Of a DNA stretch of 64,000 nucleotides, positions 25,754-39,054 are shown one piece after another. Source of the DNA: Eledone cirrhosa (taxonomy: Eukaryota); NCBI GenBank assembly GCA_964016885.1, contig OZ024752.1:32798001-32862000 (forward strand). Reading direction: 5' to 3'. The position numbers and the translations under genes are program-made. Each line of letters begins with the position of its first letter. The first letter of the stretch is position 1. The notes beneath the pieces were generated by a model. The model made no database searches and was not told the origin of the DNA. It saw only the letters and a list, made by a program, of their open reading frames with translations.

Positions 25754-27085
25754 AGGGCGGTGGATTGGCAGTATCAGTAGAGGGTCTGACGCCATGCTTT
25801 GCAGCAAAGAGTTACGGCCCTTTATGGTTTGAGTTCAAGTCCCGCCGAGGTTAACTTTGCCTTTCAATCCTTACAGGGTCGATAAAATAAAGTACCAGTA
25901 ATACACTGGGGTAATTGTTGGCCTTGTGCCAAAAGTAGAAACAATTATTTTTTTTCAAATTTGTCGGATTCAGTTAAGGGACAACTTTAACTGAACTTCA
26001 ATTACGACTCTATTCGAATTATTTCCACTCAGCTGTCCAGCTTTGTTAGAAATTATTTTATACTTTCCCGCCGAGGTTAACTTTGCCTTTCAACCTTACG
26101 GGGTCGATAAAATAAAGTACCAGTAATACATAGGGGGTAATTGTTGGCCTTGTGCCAAAAGTAGAAACAATTATTTTTTTTCAAATTTGTCGGATTCAGT
26201 TAAGGGACAACTTTAACTGAACTTCAATTACGACTCTATTCGAATTATTTCCACTCAGCTGTCCAGCTTTGTTAGAAATTATTTTATACTTTCCCGCCGA
26301 GGTTAACTTTGCCTTTCAACCTTACGGGGTCGATAAAATAAAGTACCAGTAATACATAGGGGGTAATTGTTGGCCTTGTGCCAAAAGTAGAAACAATTAT
26401 TTTTTTTCAAATTTGTCGGATTCAGTTAAGGGACAACTTTAACTGAACTTCAATTACGACTCTATTCGAATTATTTCCACTCAGCTGTCCAGCTTTGTTA
26501 GAAATTATTTTATACTTTCCCGCCGAGGTTAACTTTGCCTTTCAACCTTACGGGGTCGATAAAATAAAGTACCAGTAATACATAGGGGGTAATTGTTGGC
26601 CTTGTGCCAAAAGTAGAAACAATTATTTTTTTTCAAATTTGTCGGATTCAGTTAAGGGACAACTTTAACTGAACTTCAATTACGACTCTATTCGAATTAT
26701 TTCCACTCAGCTGTCCAGCTTTGTTAGAAATTATTTTATACTTTCCCGCCGAGGTTAACTTTGCCTTTCAACCTTACGGGGTCGATAAAATAAAGTACCA
26801 GTAATACATAGGGGTAATTGTTGGCCTTGTGCCAAAAGTAGAAACAATTTTTTTTTCAAATTTGTCGGATTCAGTTAAGGGACAACTTTAACTGAACTTC
26901 AATTACGACTCTATTCGAATTATTTCCACTCAGCTGTCCAGCTTTGTTAGAAATTATTTTATACTTTCCCGCCGAGGTTAACTTTGCCTTTCAACCTTAC
27001 GGGGTCGATAAAATAAAGTACCAGTAATACACTGGGAAATTGCTGGCCTTGTGCCAAAAGTAGAAACAATTATTTTATACTTTCT
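25754..27085 (+). repeat. SINE A followed by a tandem array (about 226-bp unit) of SINE 3' half plus flank
   Basis: cccgccgaggttaac starts at about 25841, 26067, 26293, 26519, 26745 and 26968; units are nearly identical. Confidence 0.95.
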
Positions 27086-27265
27086 ATAAAATACAAATAA
27101 GACAACGAACTGGCAAAGTTGTTCGAACTTTCCGGCTCTCTGGCTCTAAGTTCAAATCTCGTCGTGGTCAACTTTGTGCTTGTTCATCCTTTCGAGATGA
27201 AGACATGAAGGGAGATAAGCTCCACCAGGTTTTGAATGCCCCTACGACTCTATCACAAATTACGG

Positions 27266-27311
<46 letters not shown>

Positions 27312-27392
27312 ACACACAATCAAACACACACACACAATCAAACACACACACAATCAAACACACACACACACACGCACAACCATACAAACATA

Positions 27393-27670
27393 CAAGGTCC
27401 TTGTTGCAGGGGGGTACCAGGGGACAAGCCCCTCCCCCACTTTTTCAAACGTCTATGTTTTATTTTTTGTTTATTTGATATAATAAATTCTTTTAAAGCT
27501 TTTTTTTAAATATCTGAACTTCATTTGAATATATTAAATTTAATTAGCGTAAAATTTTACTTATGTGATAGGGGCCAGGAAAGGCACCATAAGCAATATA
27601 ACATGCTCCTTTAAGAATCAACAAATGTTGGTTTGTGCCCCTCACATTTTTAAGGCAAACGAGGACCCTG
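27393..27670 (-). mobile_element. hAT-type MITE, second copy in opposite orientation to 21620-21928
   Basis: Reverse-complement homology. TIRs caaggtccttgttgc / gcaaacgaggaccctg; 8-bp TSD caaacata / catacata (7/8 match). Confidence 0.8.
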
Positions 27671-28466
27671 CATACATACATAAGATACGACCGGGTGGTT
27701 TTCAAATGTGAGCCCTTCAAAAGTCATTTGTACTTTTTACGGTTCCTGACAATGTTTTATTCTAAACGTAATAGGTCTTACTTTCTTGTTTTATATAAAT
27801 AATTTACTGCATATATTATACTATATTTTCTTTATTAGCATTGGAATGAATATCACTTATTGCACAATATATAATTCATTGTGTTTTTATAAAACACATT
27901 ACATTATAAGCTGCCTTAGAAAATATATTGCACAACAATGTTTTTTCATAAGATCTCTCCTCATTCTTTTCTCCGTACTTAAATCCATTATCTTAAAATA
28001 AGCATGTTTTAATTTTATAACAGACTGCAAAATTATTTATCAGGATGACGAAGCACTTAGAGAAAACAAGACAAATTTAAGCTGTTTGCCTAATTATGAC
28101 AAATACCTTAATGTCCGCTCATTCCAAGCTCTTTTGTAAGTAAATAATGGATGTGTGAATTATTAAATAACAACTTTGAAATGATAAAATGTGAGCCATT
28201 TTATTCCTACTGCACGTATGATATATAGAGCCATGTCGAATGCAAAGATAAACATTACATACGCGCCATAATTGAACTTGGTGACAGAAAATAGAGATCG
28301 TTTATAAAGTACAACATTTGAAGTAATGAAGATCGGATATCACCAACCAAACGATTTTATTTCAAAACTCGTTTTTCTTCTCCTACTCTTTTCTCTCCAT
28401 CTCTTTGTATAATGTCTCTAACCTCTTTCTTCTCTCTTTGTCTAATGTCTCTAATTTCTCTCTATC

Positions 28467-28875
28467 TCATTGTCCTATGTCTAACTTCTTTCTTCTCTCT
28501 ATTTCATTGTCTTATGTCTAACTTCTTTCTTCTCTCTATTTCATTGTCTTATGTCTAACTTCTTTCTTCTCTCTATTTCATTGTCTTATGTCTAACTTCT
28601 TTCTTCTCTCTATTTCATTGTCTTATGTCTAACTTCTTTCTTCTCTCTATTTCATTGTCTTATGTCTAACTTCTTTATTCTCTCTATTTCATTGTCTTAT
28701 GACTAACTTCTTTCTTCGCTCTATTTCATTGTCTTATGTCTAACTTCTTTCTTCTCTCTATTTCATTGTCTTATGTCTAACTTCTTTCTTCTCTCTATTT
28801 CATTGTCTTATGTCTAACTTCTTTCTTCTCTCTATTTCATTGTCTTATGTCTAACTTCTTTCTTCACTCTATTTC
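28467..28875. repeat. 37-bp minisatellite, about 11 copies
   Basis: Unit tcattgtcttatgtctaacttctttcttctctctatt, starting at 28504, 28541 and so on. Confidence 0.95.
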
Positions 28876-29557
28876 TTTCTTTAACTTCTTCCTTTGCCTG
28901 TATGTTATTGAAAATAAACTGAAATAATGATTAAAAATGGAAATATGAAATAAAGAGAAAAGGACGCTAAGAAAAATATACTTTATTATATAAGTGGTTC
29001 TTTTAAATAAACCCCCACAAAAATGAATGACTATCTCAGTAAGGAACTTGACAACTAGATGTCGTCAGTGGTTCGCATTCTTACCATTAATATTCCGTTG
29101 TGTGTGGCCTAGTGGTAAGCGTGTTTACCACCAAAGTAGGCCACAGCAGAATACTGTATACAAAAATCCAGTACAAATACTGAAAGGCGAGTGGCCTGGT
29201 GGTAAAAATTTGAAAAAAAATAATTGTTTCTACTTTGGGCACAAGGCCAGCAATTACCCCTAGGTACTTCGTTAAAGCTAAGAGGATAACGTTTCGGCCT
29301 CTCAGTCTAAACATAATAAGTTTATGCCGAGTTTCTAAATTTATAACGTATCACTGACTAGGATATCGAAAACTTCCACTTCAAAGTTTACTGAGTTGAA
29401 ACTCTCACCCAAAGAAAATATATTCGATGATAAATAAACACATATTTGGAAATAGTTTACCCGAATCGATCCCATTTGTTTCGTTTTTTAAAAAGTATTA
29501 TTTGTTACAAGTTTGAGACATTCAGGTTGACACATTTGACATGAGTGTGTATTGAGA

Positions 29558-29957
29558 TAGTAATGGTAATTTTGAGTATTATTAACATTAGTAATGGTAA
29601 TTTTGAGTATCATTAACATTAGTAATGGTAATATTATTAACATTAGTAATGGTAATTTTGAGTATTATTAACATTAGTAATGGTAATATTATTAACATTA
29701 GTAATGGTAATTTTGAGTATTATTAACATTAGTAATGGTAATTTTGAGTATTATTAACATTAGTAATGGTAATTTTGAGTATTATTAACATTAGTAATGG
29801 TAATTTTGAGTATTATTAACATTAGTAATGGTAATATTATTAACATTAGTAATGGTAATTTTGAGTATTATTAACATTAGTAATGGTAATATTATTAACA
29901 TTAGTAATGGTAATATTATTAACATTAGTAATGGTAATTTTGAGTATTATTAACATT
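29558..29957. repeat. 31-bp minisatellite with 24-bp deletion variants
   Basis: Unit agtaatggtaattttgagtattattaacatt; some units lack ttttgag. Confidence 0.95.
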
Positions 29958-29959
29958 TT

Positions 29960-30665
29960 CTCAGCAAATTGACAGAGTCGCTAAAATGTCGGGTAGAATG
30001 CTTCGTGGAATTCGTTCTGGCTCTCTGCTTCCTGAGTTCAAATCCTGTCACAGTCAACTTTACCTTTCATCCATTCAAGGTGGATATAAAACGTACCAGT
30101 CTTCTACTGGGGTCAAATGTTCCTCTATATCTCTTTCTCACTTCCATTATGTCATTCTATGAATTGGCAGTATCGGTAGAGCGTCAGACACCACGCTTTA
30201 CGTTCTGGGTTCAAATCTCGCCGAGGTTAACTTTGCCTTTCATCCTTACGGGGTCGATAAAATAAAGTACCAGTAATTGTTTCTACTTTAGGCACAAGGC
30301 CAGCAATTACCCAGTGAATTACTGGTACTTTATTTTATCGACCCCGTAAGGATGAAAGGCAAAGTCAACCTCGGCGGGATTTGAACTCAGATCGTAAAGG
30401 GACGTAACTATGCTTGAAAGCATGGCGTCCGACCCTCCACCGATACTGCCAATCCACCAATAAAGTACCAGTAATGCTCTGGGATAATTGCTGTCCTTGT
30501 GCCAAAAGTAGAAACAATTATGTCATTCTCTGGAAGAAATCTGCTCCATTCAAACCTAGAGAGGAGACATGACTCCACCAGGTTTTAAAATGCACAAGAA
30601 ACGCCGTATGCTACTACGGCGCTCCTTCGACTCCACCAGGAGTTAAGGGACGATACCATACCAAA
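29960..30665 (+). mobile_element. Triple-nested SINEs: family B containing A(+) containing A(-)
   Basis: Outer TSD attatgtcattct at about 30146 and 30517; inner TSD aataaagtaccagta at about 30261 and 30459. Confidence 0.88.
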
Positions 30666-30728
30666 CCACGGGTGTCTAAACATTTTATTCTTCTTGGCTA
30701 TTACATTTTATATACAAATTAAACATTT

Positions 30729-30857
30729 CCAACCGGTTTCACTTGAGGATCCAGTCGGATCAATTGGAGACGGTTGCTACTGACAGGATCTGCTGGAAGG
30801 AGTGCTTCAGGATTCTGCTTCCACGACCTTCCCAGGATTAAGTTAGCGAAGAAGAAG
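30729..30857 (+). mobile_element. Short RTE-like LINE 3' end with (GAA)n tail and TSD
   Basis: Translation HLRIQSDQLETVATDRICWKECFRILLPRPSQD* (A.DR..W motif). Direct repeat aattaaacattt at about 30717 and 30858. Confidence 0.7.
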
Positions 30858-31369
30858 AATTAAACATTTATCTATAGTATATAAAATACAGAGAAACCGA
30901 TCAATGAAACCAGTGTTGATTTACAGCTACCATGCTCCTACCCTACTCTGATAGCACCATAAGTTTTAAGTTAGATAATCAAAACATTTGTACACAACAG
31001 CACAAGACACGCATTAATCGCAAAATTGTTGTTGAAAATTCGACGCTCCACTGGCTATTTTACAATATCTAGTTCATTAAATCGTTTTGTGGTCCTGTTT
31101 TTGTCCAAAGTCACCTTTGTACTTTACCTTCTGAAGACTTGGTAAAATTATCCCTATACTGCCATATCACGTGATTGAATCAATAAACTGTATATTTCTA
31201 AGACAGTTCTGATGGTTTGCAGTATGTTTCATTGATGGAATTGTCTTATAAGAGAATGAATAGCTAACAAGTGTATCGTTGGTTTGTTCGATCACGCAGA
31301 TATATCTACATGTATATTATTTTAGACAAGGACTTTAAATCTGTGATCTTTAACGCATCTATCTTTCTA

Positions 31370-31617
31370 TGACACACATACATTCTCACACACACACACA
31401 TACACATGTAAACATGCACACACACATGCACATACTCTCTCTCACATGCTCACATACACATGTTCTTTCTCTCACACATGCTCACACATATCTGCTCACA
31501 TACACATGCTCACACGCACATGTTCATACGCACATGTTCACACGCACACACACACGTTTTCTCTCACACATGCTCACACACACATGGTCACTTACATATG
31601 CTCACATACACATGTTC

Positions 31618-31712
<95 letters not shown>

Positions 31713-31812
31713 TGCTCACATACATATATGCTCACATGCTCACACGCACATGTTCACACTCACACATACTCACACACATATGCTCACATGCACACACACA
31801 CACACACACATG

Positions 31813-31850
<38 letters not shown>

Positions 31851-32212
31851 CTCTCTCTCTCTTACACATGCTCACATACATATATGCTCACATGCTCACA
31901 CGCACATGTTCACACTCACACATACTCACACACATATGCTCACATGCACACACACACACACACACATGTTCACACGCACACACACACACACACACAGACA
32001 CGCTCTCTCTCTCTCACACATGCTCACATACATATATGCTCACATGCTCACACGCATATTGTTCACACTCACACATGATCTCTCTCACACATACTCACAC
32101 ACATGCTCACATGCACACACACACACACACACAATGTTGACACGCGCACACACTCACCCACACTCACACACACACTCACACACACTCTCACACTCTCACA
32201 CACACACACACC
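31370..32212. repeat. Compound CA/CT-rich repeat with internal duplications
   Basis: Recurring cacatgctcaca words plus (CA)n and (CT)n. Confidence 0.9.
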
Positions 32213-32334
32213 CTTTATCTTCCAGTCCTCTTCAAATAAATTATTGTAAATTCTTTAGACTTCGTGACCAACTCAAATAAATTCCTACATCACGGCATAC
32301 AGCTATTGTATTTATTAACATTATTGCTTTGACT

Positions 32335-32915
32335 CTCTTCTTCTCCTCCGTCATCTTCGTCATAGACTCCTTCGTTTTCTTCTTTTTCTTCTTTTCTTCT
32401 ATTTTTCTTTCTTCTTTCTTCGTCTTCATTTTCTTCTTCTTTATTCTTCGTTTTCTTCCTCTTCTTCGTTTTCTTATTCTTTCTTCGTATTGTTTCTTCT
32501 TCTTTTTCTTCTTCTTCTTCTTCTTCTTCTTCTTCTTCTTCTTCTTCTTCTTCTTCTTTCTACGCCTTGTTTCTTCTTCTTCTTCTTCTTCTTCTTCTTC
32601 TTCTTCTTTCTTCGTCTTGTTTCTTCTTTCTTCTTCTTCTTGTTCTTTTTGTCTTCGTTTTCTTCTTCTTTCTTCGTCTTGTTTCTTCTTCTTCTTCTTC
32701 TTCTTCTTCTTCTTCTTCTTCTTCTTTCTACGCCTTTTTTCTTCTTTCTACGCCTTATTTCTTCTTCTTCTTCTTCTTCTTCTTCTTCTTCTTCTTCTTC
32801 TTCTTCTTCTTCTTCTTCTTCTTCGTCTTGTTTCTTCTTGTTTCTTCTTGTTTCTTCTTCTTCTTCTTCTTCTTCTTCTTCTTCTTCTTCTTCTTCTTCT
32901 TCTTCTTCTTCTTCT
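32335..32915. repeat. (TTC)n compound microsatellite
   Basis: Directly visible. Confidence 0.95.
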
Positions 32916-33143
32916 CCGTCGTAAGAACCACCCCATCTTCTATGTTCCAGATTCTCCATGTTCCCATCTTGCCACACATCCCGGCTACGACATTACTTTT
33001 ATGTTGCCAAACACCATCAAACATTTAAACAAACAAAATAAACAACAACAACAACCATTTACGCAACAGTTTTATACACACACACACACACACATATACG
33101 CATATATATACATATATACACACACACATATATATATATATAT

Positions 33144-33240
<97 letters not shown>

Positions 33241-33339
33241 CATATATATATATATATTTATACATACACAGATATGTATACAGATATGTATACACACACA
33301 CACACACACACACACATATAAATATATATATACACACAC

Positions 33340-33392
<53 letters not shown>

Positions 33393-33469
33393 TATATGCG
33401 AGAGAGATCTTACTCATCATCAACAAAATATATTGATCCTAGGCGTTCTTAACTTATTTTTTTGTAACA

Positions 33470-36400
33470 CCGATATTTTATCTCTTCTTCGTTATTTTAT
33501 ATCTTATCTCTCTCTCCTCTCTTGTCATCGTCTTTCTCTCTTCGTTACCTTACACCTTATCTCTCTTCTCTCTTTCTCTCTTCGTTACCTTACACCTTAT
33601 CTCTCTCTCCTCTCTTTCCTTTGTCTTTCCTCTTCGTTACCTTATGTCTTATCTCTCTCCTCTCTTGTCATCGTCTTTCTCTCTTCGTTACCTTACACCT
33701 TATATCTCTCCTCTCTTTCCTCTTCGTTACCTTACACCTTATCTCTCTCCTCTCTTGTCATCGTCTTTCTCTCTTCGTACCTTACACCTTATCTCTCTCC
33801 TCTCTTTCCTCTTCGTTACCTTACACCTTATCTCTCTCTCCTCTCTTTCCCTTGTCTTTCCTCTTCGTTACCTTACACCTTATCTCTCTCTCCTCTCTTT
33901 CCCTTGTCTTTCCTCTTCGTTACCTTACACCTTATCTCTCTCTCCACTCTTTCCCTTGTCTTTCCTCTTCGTTACCTTATATCTTATCTCTCTCTCCACT
34001 CTTTCCCTTGTCTTTCCTCTTCGTTACCTTATATCTTATCTCTCTCTCCACTCTTTCCCTTGTCTTTCCTCTTCGTTACCTTACACCTTATCTCTCTCTC
34101 CACTCTTTCCCTTGTCTTTCCTCTTCGTTACCTTACACCTTATCTCTCTCCACTCTTTCCCTTGTCTTTCCTCTTCGTTACCTTACACCTTATCTCTCTC
34201 TCCACTCTTTCCCTTGTCTTTCCTCTTCGTTACCTTACACCTTATCTCTCTCCACTCTTTCCCTTGTCTTTCCTCTTCGTTACCTTACACCTTATCTCTC
34301 TCTCCACTCTTTCCCTTGTCTTTCCTCTTCGTTACCTTATATCTTATCTCTCTCCTCTCTTTCCCTTGTCTTTCCTCTTCGTTACCTTATATCTTATCTC
34401 TCTCCTCTCTTTCCCTTGTCTTTCCTCTTCGTTACCTTATATCTTATCTCTCTCCTCTCTTTCCCTTGTCTTTCCTCTTCGTTACCTTATATCTTATCTC
34501 TCTCCTCTCTTGTCATCGTCTTTCTCTCTTCGTTACCTTACACCTTATCTCTCTCTCCTCTCTTTCCCTTGTCTTTACTCTTCGTTACCTTATATCTTAT
34601 CTCTCTCCTCTCTTGTCATCGTCTTTCTCTCTTCGTTACCTTACACCTTATCTCTCTCTCCTCTCTTTCCCTTGTCTTTACTCTTCGTTACCTTATATCT
34701 TATCTCTCTCCTCTCTTGTCATCGTCTTTCTCTCTTCGTTACCTTACACCTTATCTCTCTCTCCTCTCTTTCCCTTGTCTTTACTCTTCGTTACCTTATA
34801 TCTTATCTCTCTCCTCTCTTGTCATCGTCTTTCTCTCTTCGTTACCTTACACCTTATCTCTCTCTCCTCTCTTTCCCTTGTCTTTACTCTTCGTTACCTT
34901 ATATCTTATCTCTCTCCTCTCTTGTCATCGTCTTTCTCTCTTCGTTACCTTACACCTTATCTCTCTCTCCACTCTTTCCCTTGTCTTTCCTCTTCGTTAC
35001 CTTATATCTTATCTCTCTCCTCTCTTTCTTCTTCGTTATTTTATATCTTATTTCTCTCTCCTCTCTTGTCATCGTCTTTCTCTCTTCGTTACCTTACACC
35101 TTATCTCTCTCCTCTCTTTCCTCTTCGTTACCTTACCCCTTATCTCTCTCTCCTCTCTTGTCATCGTCTTTCTCTCTTCGTTACCTTACACCTTATCTCT
35201 CCCCTCTCTTTCCTCTTCGTTACCTTACACCTTATCTCTCTCCTCTCTTTTCCTTGTCTTTCCTCTTCGTTACCTTATATCTTATCTCTCTCCTCTCTTT
35301 TCCTTGTCTTTCCTCTTCGTTACCTTACACCTTATCTCTCTCTCCTCTCTTTCCTCTTCGTTACCTTATATCTTTTCTCTCTCTCCTCTCTTTCCCTTGT
35401 CTTTCCTCTTCGTTACCTTATATCTTATCTCTCTCCTCTCTTTTCCTTGTCTTTCCTCTTCGTTACCTTATATCTTATCTCTCTCCTCTCTTTCCCTTGT
35501 CTTTCCTCTTCGTTACCTTATATCTTATCTCTCTCCTCTCTTTCCCTTGTCTTTCCTCTTCGTTACCTTATATCTTATCTCTCTCCACTCTTTCCCTTGT
35601 CTTTCCTCTTCGTTACCTTATATCTTATCTCTCTCCTCTCTTTCCCTTGTCTTTCCTCTTCGTTACCTTATATCTTATCTCTCTCCTCTCTTTCCCTTGT
35701 CTTTCCTCTTCGTTACCTTATATCTTATCTCTCTCCTCTCTTGTCATCGTCTTTCTCTCTTCGTTACCTTACACCTTATCTCTCTCTCCTCTCTTTCCTC
35801 TTCGTTACCTTATATCTTATCTCTCTCCTCTCTTTCCCTTCTCTTTCCTCTTCGTTACCTTATATCTTATCTCTCTCCTCTCTTTCCCTTGTCTTTCCTC
35901 TTCGTTTCCTTTTATCTTATCTCTCTCCTCTCTTTCCCTTGTCTTTCCTCTTCGTTACCTTATATCTTATCTCTCTCCTCTCTTTCCTCTTCGTTATTTT
36001 ATATCTTATCTCTCTCTCCTCTCTTGTCATCGTCTTTCTCTCTTCGTTACCTTACACCTTATCTCTCTCCTCTCTTTCCTCTTCGTTACCTTATATTTTA
36101 TCTCTCTCCTCTCTTTCCCTTGTCTTTCCTCTTCGTTACCTTATATCTTATCTCTCTCCTCTCTTTCCTCTTCGTTATTTTATATCTTATCTCTCTCCTT
36201 TTTTGTCATCGTTTTCTCTCTCTTCGTTACCTTACACCTTATCTCTCTCTCCTCTCTTTCCCTTGTCTTTCCTCTTCGTTACCTTATATCTTATCTCTCT
36301 CTTCTCTTGTCATCGTCTTTCTCTCTTCGTTACCTTACACCTTATCTCTCTCCTCTCTTTTCCTTGTTTTTCCTCTAATCTTATCTCCCTCCTCTCTTTT

Positions 36401-36560
36401 CCTTGGCTTTCCTCGTCAATACCTTATGTCTTATCTCTCCTCTCTTTTCTTCTCTTTCCTCTCCGTTACTTTATACCTTATCTCGCTCCTCTCTTCTCTT
36501 TTCGTTACATTATATCTTATCTCTCTTCTCTCTTTTCCTCATCGTCTTTCCTCGTCGTTC
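33470..36560. repeat. About 3.1-kb polypyrimidine modular minisatellite (units about 38-52 bp)
   Basis: Constant core tcttcgttaccttaYaYcttatctctctcc plus alternative modules tttcccttgtctttcc / ttgtcatcgtctttctc / tttcc. It explains the three ~1000-aa ORFs, one per frame. Confidence 0.95.
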
Positions 36561-36753
36561 CATTATATCTGTTTACACTTTAGCCATTTGCTCTGAAGAC
36601 ACGGTAGGATAAACAGCATTTGAAAATTGAATATCTGCAAATAACTACCAATTTGCACATAGCATGACTAGGCTGTGTAACTACTAAAGAAACATTTGTA
36701 AGCACTCGGAATAAATTACCTTTTTATGATGGCTACCTGTTTTATTATTCATT

Positions 36754-36814
<61 letters not shown>

Positions 36815-36817
<3 letters not shown>

Positions 36818-37811
36818 CAGAGCACTAGAGGTGCAGAGCACTAGAAGTTGATGGAAACCGCGGAGTGGGGAGACCCAAGATGACCTGGGATGAGGTGATA
36901 AAAGCCGACCTTACCCAATTACACCTCTCAAAGACAATGTCACACGACCGTGACTTCTGGCGTCACGCAGTAATACAGAGTACCCGACCTCCCATGGGTA
37001 CAAGCTGAAGCATATAGACAATATGCCCCCCCCCCCACCGCAAGGTGGTCGTGGAGGAAATAAAGCCACAGAAATAAAGCACCCAGCCCACACTGTAAAG
37101 TGGACGTGTAGGTGCCACGGAAATAAAGCACCAGCCCACACAGTAAAGTGGACGTGTAGGTGCCACGGAAATAAAGTACCCAGCCCACACTGTAAAGTGG
37201 ACGTGTAGGTGCCACGGAAATAAAGCACCCAGCCCACACTGTAAAGTGGACGTGTAGGTGCCACGGAAATAAAGCACCCAGCCCACACAGTAAAGTGGAC
37301 GTGTAGGTGCCACGGAAATAAAGCACCCAGCCCACACAGTAAAGTGGACGTGTAGGTGCCACGGAAATAAAGCACCCAGCCCACACAGTAAAGTGGGCGT
37401 GTAGGTGCCACGGAAATAAAGCACCCAGCCCACACTGTAAAGTGGACGTGTAGGTGCCACGGAAATAAAGCACCCAGCCCACACAGTAAAGTGGACGTGT
37501 AGGTGCCACGGAAATAAAGCACCCAGCCCACACAGTAAAGTGGGCGTGTAGGTGCCACGGAAATAAAGCACCCAGCCCACACAGTAAAGTGGACGTGTAG
37601 GTGCCACGGAAATAAAGCACCCAGCCCACACTGTAAATGAGGTTGGTGTTAGGAAGGGCATCCAGCTGTAGAAATCAAGCCAAATCAGTTCCTGTATGAG
37701 CAAGGCATGGTCAGCCGACCAGACACTGCCCACAACAGGACAACCCGTCTAACCCATGCTAGCGTGGAAGAACGGACGTAAAACGGGGATGATGATGATG
37801 ATGATGATGAT
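36815..37811 (+). mobile_element. RTE-clade LINE 3' end (ORF2 C-terminus, 3' UTR, (GAT)n tail)
   Basis: Translation CRALEVDGNRGVGRPKMTWDEVIKADLTQLHLSKTMSHDRDFWRHAV (GRP..TW...V..DL...DR..WR). Terminal ggaagggcatccagctgtagaaa...aacccatgctagc...ggacgtaaaac then (GAT)n. Flanked by TA runs. Confidence 0.88.
37067..37638. repeat. 49-bp minisatellite inside the RTE 3' UTR, about 11.5 copies
   Basis: Unit acccagcccacac(t/a)gtaaagtggacgtgtaggtgccacggaaataaagc. Confidence 0.95.
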
Positions 37812-38423
37812 ATATATATAAATAAAAGAGAAGCACAAACAAGGGACAAGTCGCCTCTTCAGTTGTCTTGGATATTTCAACGCATTAAAGACAATATGTC
37901 TATCCCCAGTGCGTCAATAACTTCCGTAAGTTATTGGGGAAGGAAAAAGGGAGAGAGAGAAAAAAAAATCGTAAAAAACATACCGATAAAGGGTGGGGGA
38001 ACACGAGGAGAAGAACATGTACGTAAGTAACCGGGAGAGAGAGAGAGAGAAGTCAAACCGGCGATATGTATTAGTGTAATTTGGTAAAGAGTATTCAAAG
38101 CTGGGAGGGTACGATTCCACTCCATCTATAAAGTGATTGTAATAATATATATAGAGAGATATTTATTACATTAACTTGTGTCATTTCAATACAATTATTC
38201 CTCTAAACTTCTGTCTCAGATTTTTTACTGAGACCAGAATATTCTAGTCCATTAACCTGATTTGACATAATTTTAAAATGGTCGTAGTCTTTTCTTTGAA
38301 ATGTGAAAGTATTCTAAGAGAGACGATGAAAGACTAAGATATATTTTGAATGAGGTAAAGTCATTAATTCTAGGAGAATAATTTCTGAATTCTAGAATGT
38401 ATACATAGGCTGTAGCTGTGATT

Positions 38424-38489
<66 letters not shown>

Positions 38490-38876
38490 CTAGAGATTGA
38501 ATAGCATAAAAATACATGAATAATCACAGGAGATAATTCAAGCTTCCGTGTAACCGCGCATAGCTAGTTTAGGCAATATTTACCTTTAAAAGTGATTAAC
38601 ATTCCTTGTATATATCCCATTAAAGAAATATATTTCACCAATTAATCAGATGGTAAGTCACGGAAAGTGTATATTATTGGATTGTCAACAAGGAATTGAT
38701 AATAAATCCAGCTATTCGAGCTTACATGGCGAGATCAAATCTTCAACTATCCGTTACCACGTGTTGCGTCCACACAAGATAGCGGTTTCGTTTCAGTGGC
38801 GTGAAAAGGTTTTCGACAACTAGAAATAGCAGCCAAAATTCTTCTCAACAGAAATAGCTCTACAAATAAGGAGCCG

Positions 38877-38926
<50 letters not shown>

Positions 38927-39054
38927 AATAACAGATTAAAGTTTAAAATCTGCCATATGATTGCCTGAAAAAAAAAAGTGAATGATATATCATTAGAAAA
39001 GGAAGGAAAGTCGTCAGAGCAACACGTGACGATATATTTTAATATAATTGCATG

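Noticed and set aside
33433-36596. Three ~1000-aa L/S-rich ORFs resembling membrane proteins
   Set aside because: One ORF per frame over the same polypyrimidine repeat; a compositional artefact.
36586-36642. Hammerhead-like CTGAAGA...GAAA with ATTTGC/GCAAAT stem I (similar weak cases at 6841-6901, 29286-29306, 40640-40712 and 56280-56312)
   Set aside because: Stem II or core is too degenerate to support by eye; they may be decayed copies.
36911-37733. ORFs with 49-aa repeats
   Set aside because: Antisense translation of the 49-bp minisatellite in an RTE 3' UTR.
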